From sequence record OK272475.1: DNA of 16,547 nucleotides; one strand, given 5' to 3'. Below are positions 14,417 to 16,547 of this stretch, piece after piece. Within the stretch, counting starts at the first letter, position 1. Each line of letters starts with the position of its first letter. The notes below the pieces were generated by a model that searched no databases, was not told the origin of the DNA, and was given only the letters and a program-made list of their open reading frames with translations. The translations under genes and the position numbers were made by a program. This stretch comes from Escherichia phage JLBYU27.

Positions 14417-14770
14417 TTAACCCCTTAGCTGTAGTTGAAACAGCATGGTTGTTCCAGCCGGTTGCAGTGGGTTTGGATTGATGACCCTGTAGTCTATATT
14501 GTTCAGGCTAACCAAATCCCCGACCTGCACCGGCTTTACTGCCTGGCACAAAAACTTCACATCCCCGGCAACGATACGCGTCCCGTCGATCTCGCTTGGC
14601 TTGTACTCCTCGCGAAGTCCGATGACGTCAAACGAGGTCGGAGGGATGACAACTTCGTCGCCGTCTACGCGGTCGACTGCACCAGGACGCGTCACCGTAG
14701 CCGTCATTCCGAACTTTTTAATCAGCGGATTGACTTTCCGCTTCAAGCCAGCGTAATTAAAGCCCGCCAT
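14417..14770 (-). CDS. putative head-tail joining protein (lambda FII-position, 117 aa)
   Basis: ATG at 14770 with AGGAGG 6 nt upstream; same length as lambda FII (117 aa) and similar overall architecture. Assignment by size and synteny. Confidence 0.45.
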   Translation of the reverse strand: MAGFNYAGLKRKVNPLIKKFGMTATVTRPGAVDRVDGDEVVIPPTSFDVIGLREEYKPSEIDGTRIVAGDVKFLCQAVKPVQVGDLVSLNNIDYRVINPNPLQPAGTTMLFQLQLRG

Positions 14771-14891
14771 TATCATCCTCCTGTACCGGTGGTTCCGGTT
14801 CTGGCGCTGGTTCCGGTTCTGGCGCTGGTTCCGGTTCTGGTTGGCGTTTAGTATTTGCGGCGATAATAGCCGCCAGTAATGCAGGATTCAT
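14757..14891 (-). CDS. small Pro/Glu-repeat protein (44 aa) encoded over an 18-bp tandem repeat
   Basis: ATG at 14891 with GGGGGTGA RBS; MNPALLAAIIAANTKRQ followed by PEPEPAPEPEPAPEPEPP. Coding status uncertain. Confidence 0.35.
   Translation of the reverse strand: MNPALLAAIIAANTKRQPEPEPAPEPEPAPEPEPPVQEDDNGGL
14786..14848. repeat. tandem repeat, about 2.8 copies of an 18-bp unit GGTTCCGGTTCTGGCGCT
   Basis: Read directly at 14791-14843; the unit is itself built from three related hexamers; encodes (PEPEPA)n on the minus strand. Confidence 0.8.
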
Positions 14892-14892
14892 A

Positions 14893-15393
14893 TCACCCCC
14901 GGAATACGTCAAAATTACCCGCTGCGTTGCCGTCTGCGTCAATCCAGTGTCCCAGCAAGCCATCCCACCACGGGAACGAAACACCGCTACCAATCGTCGC
15001 AGGGTCATATTCCATCGTGATCGGGCCTACCGTTTCGCGGATAGTCTCCTTTCCATCGCCGATCGGAGAAATATCAACATCGTCAGCCACCAGCATTGCC
15101 AGCCGGTAAACGGCTTGTTCAACGGCAACGGGGATTGATGCGAAGTCTACAATCTGCCCAGCAGGTACTACTGCCAAATCTTCAGTAAGCGTGTTCAGTA
15201 CCGGCTTACCGTCTGATGGGTAGTTGATGCGGGGCCATGCGTCAATTCCGGTCGGGTCCGCCGGTTCGCCGATCCAGGCGATGCCGTTGAGGAAATCATT
15301 AACTATGGTAAGGTGTCGCGTTGCATCGCCCTGCGTAATTTCAACGCCTCGCGCCGCGGCATAAACAACGAAGGTTTGCGGGTCGCCATACAT
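14893..15393 (-). CDS. putative head completion / head-tail connector protein (lambda FI-position, 166 aa)
   Basis: ATG at 15393 with AGGAG RBS 8 nt upstream; first gene after the capsid-gene terminator. Function by position only. Confidence 0.4.
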   Translation of the reverse strand: MYGDPQTFVVYAAARGVEITQGDATRHLTIVNDFLNGIAWIGEPADPTGIDAWPRINYPSDGKPVLNTLTEDLAVVPAGQIVDFASIPVAVEQAVYRLAMLVADDVDISPIGDGKETIRETVGPITMEYDPATIGSGVSFPWWDGLLGHWIDADGNAAGNFDVFRG

Positions 15394-15407
15394 TTTATTT
15401 GCTCCTA

Positions 15408-15435
15408 TAAAAAAAGGCGGGCTTATGCCCGCCCC
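15408..15435 (-). terminator. rho-independent terminator after the putative major capsid gene
   Basis: Stem GGCGGGC / GCCCGCC with loop TTAT; on minus strand followed by TTTTTTT. 18 nt after the stop at 15453. Confidence 0.7.
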
Positions 15436-15452
15436 TTTGGGATTTGCGCCGA

Positions 15453-16547
15453 TCAGGACGTTGTGGTCGCAGTCAGCGTAACCAGTACGCCAGCCGTTTC
15501 CTTGATGTTACGGGTCGGCACGGTCTGCGCAGTCTGTGTCTTACGACGGCCTTTAGTGTCGCTATCGCTGCCAACATCCTGAACGGTTGCCGGTGCGTTA
15601 TCTACCTGGCCCTGGTCCAGTTCCCAGTTTGCGGAAGTGGTAATATCGCTCAGTTTGAACGAGCACACACCTTCGATCGGGGTACGGGCGTCTGCCTTCA
15701 GACGGTAGCCTTTAACCGCCACGTTGAAGTCGAACTCGCCCTGCCACCAGCGCTCGATGTTCTCGTTACCGCCTTTTTCCTGCGCCAGCATATCGAGGCC
15801 GTTGGTGGTAACTGCAACCGCGCCAGGGACCAGACCCAGCATGTTACCGGCACCCATAGCACCGGCAGCGGCATCGGAGATAATGAAACGACGGCCCAGG
15901 CCATCGCCCATTACCTGAAGATCGCCGATTGCGAATACCTGCTCGGCAGACGGGAGCGCCTGGTATGCAATGAAGTTTGCCCAGGTAACGCCGTCCATAA
16001 ACCAGGATTTAATCAAAGACGCCTGATCGCCGAACTTAGAAGCCGCCAGCGGGAAGTCCGCCAGGGTCGGGAAGGTACGACCGCCAACGCCGTCAACGCG
16101 CGCCGGTTGGGTGTATTTTGCCGCTGGGTTGCTCTCGATCGCCGCTTTACTTGCACCGATACCGGCCTTCAGGTAATGCAGCATAATCGCTTGAGTAGCC
16201 TGTGCCGCAATCTCAGCCGCAACGCTGTTAACGTTGGTTTCGATCTTAGCCATCATAGCCTTAGTGATTGCTACCGGACCCACTTTCGCGGACAGGTTGA
16301 CGGAGTTGGTCAGCATACGCGCCAGCACTTTTGCGGTCGCCGGAGTACCGACAGGGGCATAGGCGTTACGGTCGGTAACGAGGTTGGCGATCAATCCTAC
16401 GGACATTTTTTCTACAACATCCTTCAGCACTTCACCAGTGCCGAGAACAACAGCGCCGTTAGCGGCAGCGTTGAACACGTTCAGGTTATCGGGGATCATT
16501 TGCGTAACCGCGGTGACGAGTTTACGCTGGAACACTGTTAAAGACAT
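15453..16547 (-). CDS. putative major capsid protein (364 aa)
   Basis: ATG exactly at the window edge (16547..16545). Ala/Gly/Val-rich structural-type protein followed by a strong terminator and then head-tail joining genes, the usual position of a major capsid gene. Not recognized at family level. Confidence 0.45.
   Translation of the reverse strand: MSLTVFQRKLVTAVTQMIPDNLNVFNAAANGAVVLGTGEVLKDVVEKMSVGLIANLVTDRNAYAPVGTPATAKVLARMLTNSVNLSAKVGPVAITKAMMAKIETNVNSVAAEIAAQATQAIMLHYLKAGIGASKAAIESNPAAKYTQPARVDGVGGRTFPTLADFPLAASKFGDQASLIKSWFMDGVTWANFIAYQALPSAEQVFAIGDLQVMGDGLGRRFIISDAAAGAMGAGNMLGLVPGAVAVTTNGLDMLAQEKGGNENIERWWQGEFDFNVAVKGYRLKADARTPIEGVCSFKLSDITTSANWELDQGQVDNAPATVQDVGSDSDTKGRRKTQTAQTVPTRNIKETAGVLVTLTATTTS

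Noticed and set aside
15444-16541. Long plus-strand ORF (365 aa) and other long plus-strand ORFs such as 5854-6516, 12-485 and 11435-11917
   Set aside because: They lie antisense to well-supported minus-strand structural genes, lack convincing RBS/ATG starts and have low-complexity Arg/Cys-rich translations typical of shadow ORFs in GC-rich DNA.
1-16547. Integrase, transposase or IS element that would mark a mobile-element boundary
   Set aside because: No protein in the window shows recombinase or transposase motifs; the proposed junction is inferred from gene order alone.

Overview
Phage-derived (prophage-like) region with almost every gene on the minus strand; I read it as two modules joined at about 10.7-11.2 kb. 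Right module (11223-16547, minus): putative major capsid, terminator, then a lambda-like head-tail/tail series (FI-position protein, small PEPEPA-repeat ORF, FII-like, Z-like, U-like, TTG-initiated major tail protein, terminator, tail assembly chaperone G with an A7 slippery site and a 107-codon -1 extension). No tape measure gene follows; instead there is a ~550 bp non-coding region with a dense GTCCCG(C) motif array. Left module (1-10740, minus): sigma70-like promoter, an operon of small uncharacterized proteins, holin / small membrane protein / endolysin, terminator, an HTH-metallophosphoesterase gene flanked by its own promoter and terminators, terS, terL, portal, Mu-F/SPP1-gp7-like head morphogenesis protein, an overlapped Rz/Rz1-like spanin pair, and scaffold. 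Two plus-strand moron-like genes interrupt the structural clusters: a truncated DnaN (beta sliding clamp) homolog at 951-1463, and an HNH/AP2-type homing-endonuclease-like gene at 12810-13403. No tRNA, rRNA, CRISPR array, integrase or transposase was recognized. All functional calls rest on motifs, synteny and recalled family features, not database searches.
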